Counted from the first letter of the whole stretch, positions 49,896 through 61,861 are shown. The stretch: DNA of 63,201 nt, filler included, from Stramenopiles sp. TOSAG23-2 (GCA_900128395.1; 47 parts of 47 records of this genome joined end to end with filler, not necessarily neighbours in it), one strand, 5' to 3'. The notes: generated by a model from the letters alone, not told the origin. Made by a program: numbers and translations.

Positions 49896-50842
49896 GTTGG
49901 TGCTGCTGCGCGTTCCAAAGCTCAAGGATTAACCGAGCCACTGCGATCAAGTGGTGTATTTGTACAGCTGTACAAAGGTTTGAAAGATTGGCATCCCGCA
50001 TATTTACGCCGCTCTGGGCAATCTTTTCGTGTTAAATTTTTAAGCGAGCGAGGAGTAGACGCAGGCGGGTTGTACCGTGAATGCTTAAATGAAGCAGTAG
50101 AAGAATTATTTTCTCCCCATTTATCATTGTTCTTGAAGACACCAAATACATTAAATGAAGGTGGAATAGGATACGTCCCAAACGCAAAATGTTCCACCCC
50201 ATCACATTTAAAAATGTATGAATTTGTAGGAAAGTTAATCGGAATGTCCCTACGAAGTGATTGCGGTTTGTTCTTACGAATACTGGTGGGGAGGAAGTTG
50301 AGTTAATGCGTTATGGTCGTTCCATGCGTGTTGACGCCACAAATAAAGGAAGATATTGCGACTTGAGCGAAGAATATAAGTTGCATGAGTTTGATTCACA
50401 AATTCAAGCAATACGTCGTGGGTTTATCACAATAGTTCCCGAGCGTGTATTAGGTCTAATGCTTTGGAGCGAGCTGGAAGAATTGGTAGTTGGCTCCTCT
50501 GAAATTGATATAGGGGTTTTGAAAGCTCATACAACGTATGGGTCGAGATCATTTGAACGGAGTGCCACTGTGAAACATTTCTGGGCGGTCCTAGAAAGTT
50601 TTACAAATGAAGAACGTGCCATGTTTGTACGTTTTGCATGGGGGAGATCAAGATTGCCCAGAAGTGGTCATTGGGATAATAATTTTACCTTGATGCGCTG
50701 CGGTGTCGATCCTAATAGGCTACCAGTCGCTCATACTTGTTTTTTTCAACTTGATTTGCCACCATATAGAACTGAAGACGAATTGCGTGAAAGATTGTTG
50801 TTAGCGATTAATGATGGTGCTGGTGTGATGGGTTTGGCTTAA
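49896..50842 (+). CDS. HECT E3 ubiquitin ligase C-terminus with an internal deletion/frameshift near 50262
   Basis: FRVKFLSERGVDAGGLYRE, YEFVGKLIGMSLR, FVRFAWGRSRLP, LPVAHTCFFQLDLPPY (catalytic Cys). Confidence 0.93.
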
Positions 50843-51235
50843 AATATGCATATTTATTTTATATATCATTACGTTTGGATATATGCATAAAAGATAAGAT
50901 CGGGAGGATCAGTAAAAAAAGTACTATATAATTGCGTATATTATAAGTACAATATTTAGTATTCTAATCTACACATTTATACCACTTAAATTAGCTGTAC
51001 CAACAACCAACAACATCTCTAGCTCTAAATAGACAACTAACAACTAGACGACTACGAGTACAGTATACAGAAGCTATAGTACATATAAATAGAAGTATAC
51101 CTTAACCTGTCAGGTTTTACCATTTACTTTATTATNNNNNNNNNNNNNNNNNNNNNNNNNNNNNNNNNNNNNNNNNNNNTTAATTAATTAANNNNNNNNN
51201 NNNNNNNNNNNNNNNNNNNNNNNNNNNNNNNNNNN

Positions 51236-52476
51236 TTTGTATATTCATCGCAAAATTTAATGAAGTTTTTAATATGCAATGGAGATGATGATGATGATGA
51301 TGACGACGACGAGGAAAAGAAGAAGAAGAAAGAAACAAAGGATGATGCTAGTGACAAAGATACTTCTGGAAAGAAGGATGATGAAAAAAAGAAGAAGAAG
51401 GAGAAGAAGAAAGATGATAAAAAGGAGGAAGCAAACGATGTAAAAGCTAGTGTCAGTGCTACACGTGATAATACACCTTTAAAACAAATTGAAAAAATTA
51501 AAAAAGCTGCATCGAAAATATATAATAATCCAGGACTAATTGTAATCAGAATAGTTTTTGGTATATTTTTAATCAATACATATGGTGTCCAACAATCTAA
51601 AGATTTCTTTGCGTATTGCCATCAAATGGCAGAAGGTATGTCTGGCCCATCCATCATGTTTAAAGCACGATTAAACAGCGGCAAAGAAATTATTGTGGAT
51701 GATTATCGCGAGGCATATTGGTGGTTACGAGATAAAACTCCTGATGATGCTCGTGTATTAGCATGGTGGGATTACGGCTACCAAATCACTGGTATTGGCA
51801 ACAGAACATCGCTAGCAGATGGAAATACGTGGAATCACGAACATATTGCGACATTAGGACGTATGTTGAGTGGTCCGGAGAAGAAATCACATCGCATTAT
51901 TCGACATCTAGCTGATTACGTATTGGTATGGGCTGGTGGCGGTGGCGATGATTTAGCAAAATCACCTCACATGGCTCGTATTGGTAATAGTGTATACTCC
52001 GATATTTGCCCTGGTGATCCAACCTGTTCCCAATTTGGATTTTATCAAGGTGGTGTACCAACTCCAATGATGCGCAAGTCATTATTGTATAAATTAACCC
52101 AATATGGCTATCGCGAGGACATCAAGTTAGATCCAAATCGTTTCATGCATGTAAAAACTACGAAATACGGTAAGGTTCGAATCTTCAAAGTAATGCACGT
52201 ATCGCAAAAATCTAAGAAATGGATCGCAAATCCTGAAAATCGTATTTGTGATGCGCCTGGAAGTTGGTATTGTACCGGTCAGTATCCACCAGCACTTTCA
52301 AAATTAATTGCTAGAAGAAAAGATTTTAGTCAATTAGAGGATTTCAACAAGAAAAAAGATAAGCAATCAGAAAAATATAATGAGGAGTACATGAAACGTA
52401 TGGATGGTAAAAGTACTGGAAAACGAGCAAAATCTGGTTATGGAATCGATGAGGAGGAAGATGATGAAGATCCTGA
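51236..52476 (+). CDS. STT3: Oligosaccharyltransferase catalytic subunit STT3, partial
   Basis: DDYREAYWWLR, WWDYGYQI, DGNTWNHEHIA, DDLAKSPHMARIG. Confidence 0.97.
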
Positions 52477-52616
52477 NNNNNNNNNNNNNNNNNNNNNNNN
52501 NNNNNNNNNNNNNNNNNNNNTTAATTAATTAANNNNNNNNNNNNNNNNNNNNNNNNNNNNNNNNNNNNNNNNNNNNTCCTCTCTCAACAAATCCACATGT
52601 CATCAATCCACATATT

Positions 52617-52800
52617 TCACTTTTTCTTCTTCTTTTTTTTCTTTCCACTTTTACCACTATTTGCCGCCTTCAATGCATTTAATTCTGCCATACGTTGTTT
52701 ACGTACTGCATCACGATTTTGTTGTACAGATGCAAAAATAACACCAAAATCTTTTTTCAAACGTTTTTTTAATAATTGAAATACCGAAAGAAAACTTCTA
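52617..52800 (-). CDS. Probable terminal exon of a small basic protein
   Basis: LKKRLKKDFGVIFASVQQNRDAVRKQRMAEL...KKKKKKK*. Confidence 0.4.
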
Positions 52801-53674
52801 TTATTTCTACTATATCTATCTATATAATATGAAGAAGATGAAATAAATGTACTTTTTATGTGAAGATACACTTGCAACTGCACTTCACTTCATTCACATC
52901 AGGCAATGTACTCCCATTTCACAAATGTGTCCCATCATTAAGCTTTCATAAATTATATATTTCTTTTATCAATAACAACAACTCAAACGGTACTCTTGTT
53001 GAGTTTGTTGTGTGAGTAGGTTGAAATGTATTATTAAGGTATTGAGTGTATTTTATATATGTAGTATGTAGTTATTATATGTATGTGATTAAGACCTTAA
53101 TATATGTTGCAAGCTGCCTCGAGCCGGTTTCTTTTTTTTTAGACTCAAGACTTCAATCTAAATTATAAATGGTTAAAGCCGCGAGCAAATCAATGCAATC
53201 CAGCGAACTACAGTAACTAGCATTCAATTATACAAACATAATACTTAGGTAAGATAGAAAAATCCCTTTCCTCTTCCATTTCTTCTCTGCATTTTTGTGC
53301 TTTTGGGAATGTTATAGAGGCTGCTGTTTAAAGAATTTTATATTGATCTATATTTGATTGATAGTATAAAACAATATAGTAGTAGCCTTTTATCGAGTAG
53401 CCTTGTTTTTTATTATTTACTCGTAGTACTTCAGTAAATGTGGTAATAAAAAGGAATTGCTACAAACTTACCTAATAAGGTACTATACTACTACTATTTA
53501 GTTGCTAAAATATCTTATTATTTTTTCATTTTCATTATTTTTTCTCAAAAACTCTGGATAAAAAATAAAACAAACAATATATATGCATATATGTATGTAT
53601 ATTCATCGCAGATCGAAAAATAGACAACAACAACAAAATTATAGTAGCGCGAAAGTTGAAAACCAAAAGCAACC

Positions 53675-53817
53675 ATGACGTCACTAGATTTCAAAGAGTT
53701 AATGAAACGTGAACGAGAAAAAGCATTTAATAAACGAAGACAAAAAGAACAAGATACAAATATTAATAAAATATCATCATCATCATCTACAACAACATCA
53801 TTTACTAACAATAATAA
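53675..53817 (+). CDS. N-terminus of a hypothetical protein
   Basis: MTSLDFKELMKREREKAF; open to the contig end. Confidence 0.45.
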
Positions 53818-54147
53818 NNNNNNNNNNNNNNNNNNNNNNNNNNNNNNNNNNNNNNNNNNNNTTAATTAATTAANNNNNNNNNNNNNNNNNNNNNNNNNNN
53901 NNNNNNNNNNNNNNNNNTGGTTGTTGTATTATATCGTAGTTTTTTCGCACTGTGTGTGCGTGAATAATAAAATATTTTGAAATTAGTGTTAATAAAATTG
54001 TAGTACCGTGGTAGGTCTAAAAAATTTCAAAAGAGATCTTTTTTCTCTCCGCTGCCCAAACAGTCGGCCGCCAGCTTTGACAACGTATAAGGTTTTTTTA
54101 AAATCCTAGTGAAGAAGTTACAACAAAAAAAAATAATAATATGTGTA

Positions 54148-54439
54148 CAAATAGTTTGCGATCAACATGGGCCACCTGGAAAAACACGACGCTCTCTCCC
54201 CTCTCTCCCCCCCCCGCCAAAAATACCTTGAAAACGCGAAAAAAGTGAAAAAAACAACAAAATCTGCAATTTTTATGAAAATCTGCAATATGTACATATA
54301 ATAGATTACTAAGAAAATTGCAGATTTTTGTTGTTTTTTTCACTTTTTTCGCGTTTTCAAGGTATTTTTGGCGGGGGGGAGGAGGGGGGAGAGGGCGTCG
54401 TGTTTTTCCAAGTGGCCCATGTTGATCGCAAACTATTTG
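54148..54439. mobile_element. Foldback/MITE-like element: ~125-bp terminal inverted repeats, ~40-bp spacer, flanked by TA
   Basis: CAAATAGTTTGCGATCAACATGGGCCAC...AATCTGCAATTT pairs with AAATTGCAGATT...GTGGCCCATGTTGATCGCAAACTATTTG; TA at 54146-54147 and 54440-54441; arms differ at a few positions. Confidence 0.7.
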
Positions 54440-54540
54440 TAATTACAAGTAAATACAGTACTGTATACGTTGTGTACAAATAAACAAACAAAATAAATTA
54501 AATATAGCTATTAACTCTCAATCAATCACATCCATTCATA

Positions 54541-54807
54541 CTATATTGTTAACATCAAATAAATTAGCTGTGATACAGTCGTAAATATTCTATTACTTGG
54601 AGTTTTTATGGATGAATTTGCTGCCATCCAGTTTACATTTACTTCGTCATCCGGTACAACTTTATTACTTATGCTCAAATTAGATATAAATTCATCTATT
54701 GACATCTTATTTTTACTATGAGTAGTTGGAGTTTTACTTAAATCCATGTTGGTAGATGAGGGAGAGAGAAAAAGTGATGAATTTTGTAAATGATTGTCTT
54801 CCATCAT
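54541..54807 (-). CDS. Short hypothetical ORF or first exon
   Basis: 88-aa Ser-rich ORF with ATG; no motif. Confidence 0.3.
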   Translation of the reverse strand: MMEDNHLQNSSLFLSPSSTNMDLSKTPTTHSKNKMSIDEFISNLSISNKVVPDDEVNVNWMAANSSIKTPSNRIFTTVSQLIYLMLTI

Positions 54808-55278
54808 TTTCTTTTATCTGATTTTGTAAACGTCTTTGGTATTGTTTTACTTTTGCATGTGATTTTATTATTGTAATGTGAGTTTTTAATCAAATATATA
54901 TTGTATTTTTCTTTAACTTATATATATTTACGTGTTGCATACCTGGCCGGGCTGGCACATTTTTAATAATAACTAGAATAACTCTCCTCATTTTAATTTT
55001 ACATAGCACTATCATACCGGTATATACCAATGGGGTTCCACTTACATTGTTTTTCGCTACCGGTAACGAATCTAACACATCAATTTATCGATTAGACCCT
55101 TCACTCAAGTACAAAAAATACCTAATGTGACCTATCAAATATATCAAACACTACAAATNNNNNNNNNNNNNNNNNNNNNNNNNNNNNNNNNNNNNNNNNN
55201 NNTTAATTAATTAANNNNNNNNNNNNNNNNNNNNNNNNNNNNNNNNNNNNNNNNNNNNCTCTCATATGTTGATTTTTT

Positions 55279-56022
55279 TTATTTTAAAAAGGCTTTTACA
55301 GTCGAATGTAATATGTAAAACATTCTAGTTTCTTCTTCATTATTTTTATCGAAGCTATCATTTGCTTTCTTCATTCGATATTTTTTTAATAATTTATATA
55401 GAGATTTTTCATTTAAATTTGGTTTATTACTGTTTTCCCTTTTGGATTTTTTTTTAGATGATGAGGATAGCGATGAAGATGCAATATCTAGTTGTTTGTC
55501 TAGGTTGTTTTCCTCAACAACAATTGGTGTTACGATGACTTTTCTCTTCTTTTTCTTTATTGAATTTTCATTTTTACCTTGATCTTCTTCCTCCTGATCT
55601 TCCTCCTCATTCAAATCATTTGTGCATGTTTCCTCAACTGATGATGAAGACCTGTTATCATTCCTACTGGTTGGCGAGATATTTTTCTTTTTTTCGCTTG
55701 AAGAAGTTGAACACAATGACTTGTCGGGTTGGATTTTTGAGGGAGTTTGAGCTTCAGCACTTTCCTCGTTTTTCTTAATACGCTTCTTCTGTTTTCTTTC
55801 TACGTAACCTTTTGGATTTTCACATAGAAACATTACAATAGACTCGGACTCATTGTATCCTTCTTCGTAGACAGCTAATTCAACAGCTTCCTTATTGAAA
55901 CCCATGGTTACTATCTTTGATATGAGTTTTTCTTGTGGGGTTTGACGCTGTTGTTTCATTTTTTCAGTTGCAGCCTTGGCTGATGAACGTCTAGGTCTAG
56001 GACGTTTCTTTGCCTCTTCCAT
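55279..56022 (-). CDS. UBA-domain protein with a charged low-complexity region
   Basis: ISKIVTMGFNKEAVELAV...IVMFL (UBA MGF loop). Confidence 0.7.
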   Translation of the reverse strand: MEEAKKRPRPRRSSAKAATEKMKQQRQTPQEKLISKIVTMGFNKEAVELAVYEEGYNESESIVMFLCENPKGYVERKQKKRIKKNEESAEAQTPSKIQPDKSLCSTSSSEKKKNISPTSRNDNRSSSSVEETCTNDLNEEEDQEEEDQGKNENSIKKKKRKVIVTPIVVEENNLDKQLDIASSSLSSSSKKKSKRENSNKPNLNEKSLYKLLKKYRMKKANDSFDKNNEEETRMFYILHSTVKAFLK

Positions 56023-56656
56023 ACTTTTTCTTAAGCTTGCTTATTAAATATGAATTATTTATTTATATTATTATTTTTTTAAAAGAAGATGTCGTTTGAA
56101 ACAAAAAGAAATAGTGCAGTCTCTGTATACATGTATATATATATATATATTACCAATAGGTATTATCTTAATTTATTTATTTCACTGTTTTCTTATGTGT
56201 GTGTATATATATAATATTCTGACACTATCATATACAAATCTACTGTATGTACAGAGACTAGGTATAATAAAGCCTGGAAAGGTATTAAGAAAAGTATATA
56301 TATTATTGTATTTATATGTGTGTTAAATTCGATAATTCCCGCCATGCAAAATATTGTATGTAAATATAGTTCTTAGAATATTACTATGCTTCCCTATTAT
56401 ATGTAATAAGTCAAAGGTTAGCAAAAAAGCTGCACAATAATAAAAATAGCTTGGGAAGTTTACATTTGTGTTTTAGTGCTATTGCATGCTAACCGATCTN
56501 NNNNNNNNNNNNNNNNNNNNNNNNNNNNNNNNNNNNNNNNNNNTTAATTAATTAANNNNNNNNNNNNNNNNNNNNNNNNNNNNNNNNNNNNNNNNNNNNT
56601 AAGCATCTCATTCCGTCTCAACATAAACATTACCAACAAATATAGAATATTAAACG

Positions 56657-57547
56657 ATGAGGACGCCAATAACGTTATTGAAACGATTGCACCGTAGTCG
56701 ATATCCGAAAATACAACAACGTTTATTTACGTCTGCTCAATCACAAACAGTATGTAATTGGTTTTGCCCTGAATTAGAACGTAAATATCAGGATGGTGCA
56801 AGATTCTATGAAGTTGATATACATGGTGAAAATAAATTATTGCCAAGCGTAACATCTGTTTTGAATATGTTAAACAAACCTGGGTTGAATCAATGGGCGG
56901 TAAATGTGACTTTAGATAAACTAGGAGAAACATTAGTCGATATAAGTGAAGTTCGGGAAGATAAAATGATAATTATGCCAAAAGAAGATTTAGACCAAAC
57001 TTTGAAAACAGCGAAAGGTGTACAAAAAGATATTATGATGACTGCAGCCGATTTAGGGACAAGGGCGCATGATACGATAGATCGAATTGTACGTGGCGAT
57101 ACGGAAGATATGATTATTGATGAAGATGTTAGACAAGTTATTAAAAATTTTTGGCAATGGTGGAATGATAGTGGCATTGTTTTGGATCCAAGGGGTGATT
57201 CCATGATATATAGTGCAAAATATGGTTACGCTGGTGCAGCAGATGCATTGGGTGTTTTACCAGATGGAAAATTAGTTGTTGTAGATTTTAAAACTTCAAA
57301 TGGTATATTTGATACACATATTATTCAAGTAGCTGCATATGCTAAAGCTTTGGAAGAGCAATTACTTGCAATGGGAAATCCACGTGAAAAAGCAGAAGTA
57401 AAAGAAGCGTATGTAGTACGATTTAGTAAATTTGATAATGAATATGAAGTGAAACGAGTAGCAAATATTGATGAATCATTCAATGCATTCAAAGCATGTT
57501 TATTTCTTTGGCATTATAAGCAAAAAAATCAAATGGAAAGTGTATAA
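56657..57547 (+). CDS. PD-(D/E)XK RecB-family exonuclease (MGME1-like / phage exonuclease-like) with a probable mitochondrial presequence; complete, intronless
   Basis: LPSVTSVL..LNKPGL.QW, AADLGTRAH, YGYAGAAD, VVVDFKTS, QVAAY; N-terminal ~30 aa are Arg-rich and acid-free. Confidence 0.88.
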   Translation: MRTPITLLKRLHRSRYPKIQQRLFTSAQSQTVCNWFCPELERKYQDGARFYEVDIHGENKLLPSVTSVLNMLNKPGLNQWAVNVTLDKLGETLVDISEVREDKMIIMPKEDLDQTLKTAKGVQKDIMMTAADLGTRAHDTIDRIVRGDTEDMIIDEDVRQVIKNFWQWWNDSGIVLDPRGDSMIYSAKYGYAGAADALGVLPDGKLVVVDFKTSNGIFDTHIIQVAAYAKALEEQLLAMGNPREKAEVKEAYVVRFSKFDNEYEVKRVANIDESFNAFKACLFLWHYKQKNQMESV

Positions 57548-58261
57548 ATATGTCCCACGACCTCGTGTGTAAATGATGTGTGGGGGCAAATTCAAGGAGA
57601 GTATATATTAACGGTTCGTATAAAATACTACGGTTTGAAAATGATTAATATATATCTATAGAGAGATATAATACGTTCGTATATATAATATATACTCGTA
57701 TAAAATATTTATAATATTTAATAGATATTAATATATTAAAATAGGACGAGGATTTATCTAGATAGAATAATTAAGTATTACACTAATAAATTACATATTA
57801 CTAGTGACCCTGTAAAAAAACTTTATATATAAATTATGTGNNNNNNNNNNNNNNNNNNNNNNNNNNNNNNNNNNNNNNNNNNNNTTAATTAATTAANNNN
57901 NNNNNNNNNNNNNNNNNNNNNNNNNNNNNNNNNNNNNNNNTGTAGTTGTAAAACGTGTGTCCGCTTAGGTTTTTGTAAAAAAAAATAACACAACACAGTC
58001 TTTTTAGCCCATATATATATATATATCATATATGCGCCAAGTTTGGTGGACCCCTATGATAGGGATATGCATATTATTTATCATATGATACGTAAATACG
58101 TTTAATAGATATTACACACCACATGTGCATTTAAGATCATCTCGCTCTTGTGCCTCATTACACGCAAACATAGAATTATCTCTTATAACCCCTGCCCCCT
58201 TTCTTCACTCTACTCGCACGCGCGGAGAACTTCTCAATTTAATGAGATAGAACTCCTCTTT

Positions 58262-59181
58262 CTAATTCTCCTCCTCCAATTTCATTGAAATATATTTTAC
58301 AGCTTTGATTGATAAAAGCACACCCACACCGGCAAATAATAAAGGCATTATAACAAAACCAAACCAAAATAAGTATAATGTTAGAAATGCAAAACGATCA
58401 CTTCCATCTGCTGCCGGTGAATGCACGATTGGAAATCCTAACAATGGTTCAGAGGCATTATAACAAAACCAAACCAAAATAAGTATAATGTTAGAAATGC
58501 AAAACGATCACTTCCATCTGCTGCCGGTGAATGCACGATTGGAAATCCTAACAATGGTTCAGAACCATAATAATATGCAACCCCAGCAATACACCACATA
58601 TTGAAAATAATTTCAACAGGTTTTGTCCAACTTTTTTGGTTGTAATAGCCGTAAAATAATAATAGTCCACAAGGTGTCTGAATCAATATTTCTTGAATAC
58701 TTGTAATTAAAACGGTGATTCCCTCATACCGCCCAGGCATCAAATACCTAGGTTCCAATTGCTTGTATCGTTCTGACATCATAGGCCATGCTTGTAATTG
58801 TCCTGCAAATACATCCATCATGCTATTGAAGAAGAAACCACAACAAAAGTACCAAGAAGCAGCAAGCTTATCATTTGCATTCAACTTCACTTTGTTATTT
58901 GATAATTGTCGGTCACGAAACGTAACAAAAACAGTTACTAAACCTACGGTACACCAAAGCAATACCGGCCATGCAAATAGATATGGTGGTAACATTTGAA
59001 ACGTTACCTCAGGATGTATTGGTTGTATTAGCTCTAAAATCAACGGAGTAAAATAGCAACAAATTACAAATAAACCAACTGGTGTTATCAATGCTTCCGA
59101 CACACCTTCTTTTAAAATTGAAATTACATTTATTTCATCACCACTTTTCTTACTTTTTGTTTTTGTATTCGTAAATTGAAG
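58262..59181 (-). CDS. EXPERA/EBP-like multi-pass membrane protein, 5' partial, interrupted by a 110-bp duplication
   Basis: Several TM helices; WYFCCG..N..D, RYKQLEPRY, QE, YYYGSE resemble EXPERA motifs; removing one repeat copy restores the C-terminus ...MKLEEEN*. Confidence 0.6.
58343..58562. repeat. Perfect 110-bp tandem duplication within a CDS
   Basis: AGGCATTATAACAAAACC... starts at both 58343 and 58453. Confidence 0.92.
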
Positions 59182-59282
59182 NNNNNNNNNNNNNNNNNNN
59201 NNNNNNNNNNNNNNNNNNNNNNNNNTTAATTAATTAANNNNNNNNNNNNNNNNNNNNNNNNNNNNNNNNNNNNNNNNNNNNT

Positions 59283-60311
59283 GCCATAGAAATAATTGAT
59301 GATAGTGACGATGAGGATGATGATATATTGAATTCAAAAAAAAATACTAGCCCTCATAAATTATCTGCAAGTTTAGATGGTGATTTCTCAGCGGACGAAA
59401 ATTCATGTTCTATGTCATCGTCATCTGATGAAGAAGATGACGAGGGTACCGGAGTTGAGGCGCTTGCACGCAATTTTTATTCTGGAATGAAAACAAATAT
59501 CGATGCCGAAAAGACTACAGTTAAATTGCAAAGAGAAGATGTAGATGATGCAAATGAAAAATACAAGATGGAAAACATGGATGTGGCAAAGGATGACAGT
59601 CATGATGATGATAATGAAGAACATGACGATTATGAAGAGGATGAATATGAAGAAAGTTTCATTGAAGATGATTCAATTACTGATTCAAAAAAACAAGAAG
59701 ATAATACTATAGTAAAAGAGAAACACAGCGATATTGATGTTCTAGAAAACGATGCGAGTAATGATGATGATAATGATGAAAAACCAGTGTGGAATACTCC
59801 ACGTACAAGACGGGAAAATTCTATGACGGATGAAAATCATGTAAACGATACCAATAATGATGGGGAAAATATCATTAATAATGATATGCAAAGCCCTCGA
59901 ACGTTTGTAAACCAACATATGACATTTTTAAGGGCAAAAACATTTCAAAAATGGAGCCAATCTTCGACTGCTGTGGACGAATCAGGAGAGCAATATAGTG
60001 ATGATGATTTCGAAGAATTGGACGAAATGAGCACACAATTTGATACTGTAAAGGAAGAAGAAACCAGTCAATTTAGTGATTATGGTGATGAGGAATTTGA
60101 AAAAGAAGTAGATCCTAGAAAATCTTTGCGAGATTCAGTGAATAAAAAATTTGCCCAAACATTACAATCGCAATTGAAAAAAGAATTATCGCACACAGAT
60201 TTATTTAATTCCAACAATACAAAAATGAATAATAGCGATGGTGGAGATAATACCGTTGATAGCCAGGATAGTAAAAAGCCTAGAAAAGGTGGAATAGCAT
60301 TTGTTTGTTGA
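59283..60311 (+). CDS. Acidic low-complexity protein C-terminus
   Basis: Long D/E-rich open frame with YSDDDFEE-type motifs. Confidence 0.65.
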   Translation, partial: AIEIIDDSDDEDDDILNSKKNTSPHKLSASLDGDFSADENSCSMSSSSDEEDDEGTGVEALARNFYSGMKTNIDAEKTTVKLQREDVDDANEKYKMENMDVAKDDSHDDDNEEHDDYEEDEYEESFIEDDSITDSKKQEDNTIVKEKHSDIDVLENDASNDDDNDEKPVWNTPRTRRENSMTDENHVNDTNNDGENIINNDMQSPRTFVNQHMTFLRAKTFQKWSQSSTAVDESGEQYSDDDFEELDEMSTQFDTVKEEETSQFSDYGDEEFEKEVDPRKSLRDSVNKKFAQTLQSQLKKELSHTDLFNSNNTKMNNSDGGDNTVDSQDSKKPRKGGIAFVC

Positions 60312-61476
60312 GTCCAAAAGAGTTGTAAAACTGGTACGACGTATACATACGACGTACATACGTACAATTTAAGGATTTAGTATATATATAAAAAATTCCT
60401 CTTAATATTTTGAATAATTCTTTCACAGGTCTTTCCGGTTTAGTTATATCTTCTTTCAATTTATATTATTTCTGGTAATTACACATATATAGTGAATATA
60501 ACATTATGAGTAAATAAAATCNNNNNNNNNNNNNNNNNNNNNNNNNNNNNNNNNNNNNNNNNNNNTTAATTAATTAANNNNNNNNNNNNNNNNNNNNNNN
60601 NNNNNNNNNNNNNNNNNNNNNTATCACAAGTAGTATTACTATCATCATTTTCTCATTATTATTATATTTCCACATGATGTTTGAGTATAATATATAATAC
60701 AATATGTATATATATCACGATACTTTTAATTATACGTCTATGTGTTGCGTTTCTATTATTTAATCAATAATCTACAATAATCTACAATAACATTAATACA
60801 CAATTGCAATTTATTATTATACTTCTTATTACATCTATGTTTCACCGTGTTGATGGTATATATTTCGATAATATATATAAATAATAACACCAGGTACTAT
60901 TTAAAAATATAAAATATAAAATAAATAAAATCATCAAAAAAATAATAATAATCTTCAACACCACCACGGTTTTGCTGAGAAATATTGGTGCTAATCACCT
61001 TGTATTTATATTGTTGAAAATATCAGGGAGAATATATTAAGAATACCGGAATACGATGTTTGATGCAAGGGATCTATAGCAGGGCAGGTCCAAATATTTT
61101 TCTTCCAGATTTTTCAGCCGACGTGTGCCATAAAATTATTATTTTGGAAAATTAATAAAATGCCTAAATTCGGGTCCATTTTATATAATTTAAAAAGTGA
61201 TGCGCCTACACAGCACTGGTTTTATTTGTACTCTGGGTATAAAACTCGGTATTATACTCTCATGATCTCATGATATATTATAATATTGCACAATAATAAT
61301 AATTCTAAAAATAATAATTTAAAAAAAAAATATAATATAATATTAAATTCTTCCTAATGCACTCTTCTTCATTTTTAATTTTGTGGTACTCTCCAAACAA
61401 AATGCAATATCTCCTTGGTTTGACTTAGCTATACAATTGCATTGTTTTCTATCTTTTAAAAATATGAACAAACACT

Positions 61477-61861
61477 TTAAACATTCTTTGTATTCTTAAA
61501 AATCTGTTCCAGTTCAAGTATATCATCGGTAAGTATATCATGATTGCTACTGGTTCCTTGATTGTTGCTGCCGGGGTTGCTATTAGCTGTGTTTGTATTT
61601 GTAGTAGATCCCTTTCCAGTTCCAGCATTTCCTTGTTGCTGCTTATTTGAAGTACTTCCTCCTTGCATACCTGGCATACACGTTTTTGATATTAGATCCC
61701 ATCCACATCCAGATGTTGCAGAGCAATCGGTATCAAACTCACATGCTACACAATTTTTATCGGAACATTTCGGAAACGAACATCTTACACCGTTAAAATC
61801 ATTCACAGACTTATCCATACTACTACTACTCCTACTACCAGATAATGTATCTTCGTTCCAA
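61477..61861 (-). CDS. Cys-rich (PSI-like) protein C-terminus
   Basis: CSFPKCSDKNCVAC...CSATSGCGWDLISKTCMPG. Confidence 0.55.

Noticed and set aside
56657-57547. Cas4 / CRISPR system
   Set aside because: No four-Cys Fe-S cluster motif, no array, no other cas genes; eukaryotic context
61080-61218. hAT-like element (CAGGGC...GCACTG)
   Set aside because: Terminal match is only ~6 bp and there is no 8-bp target duplication
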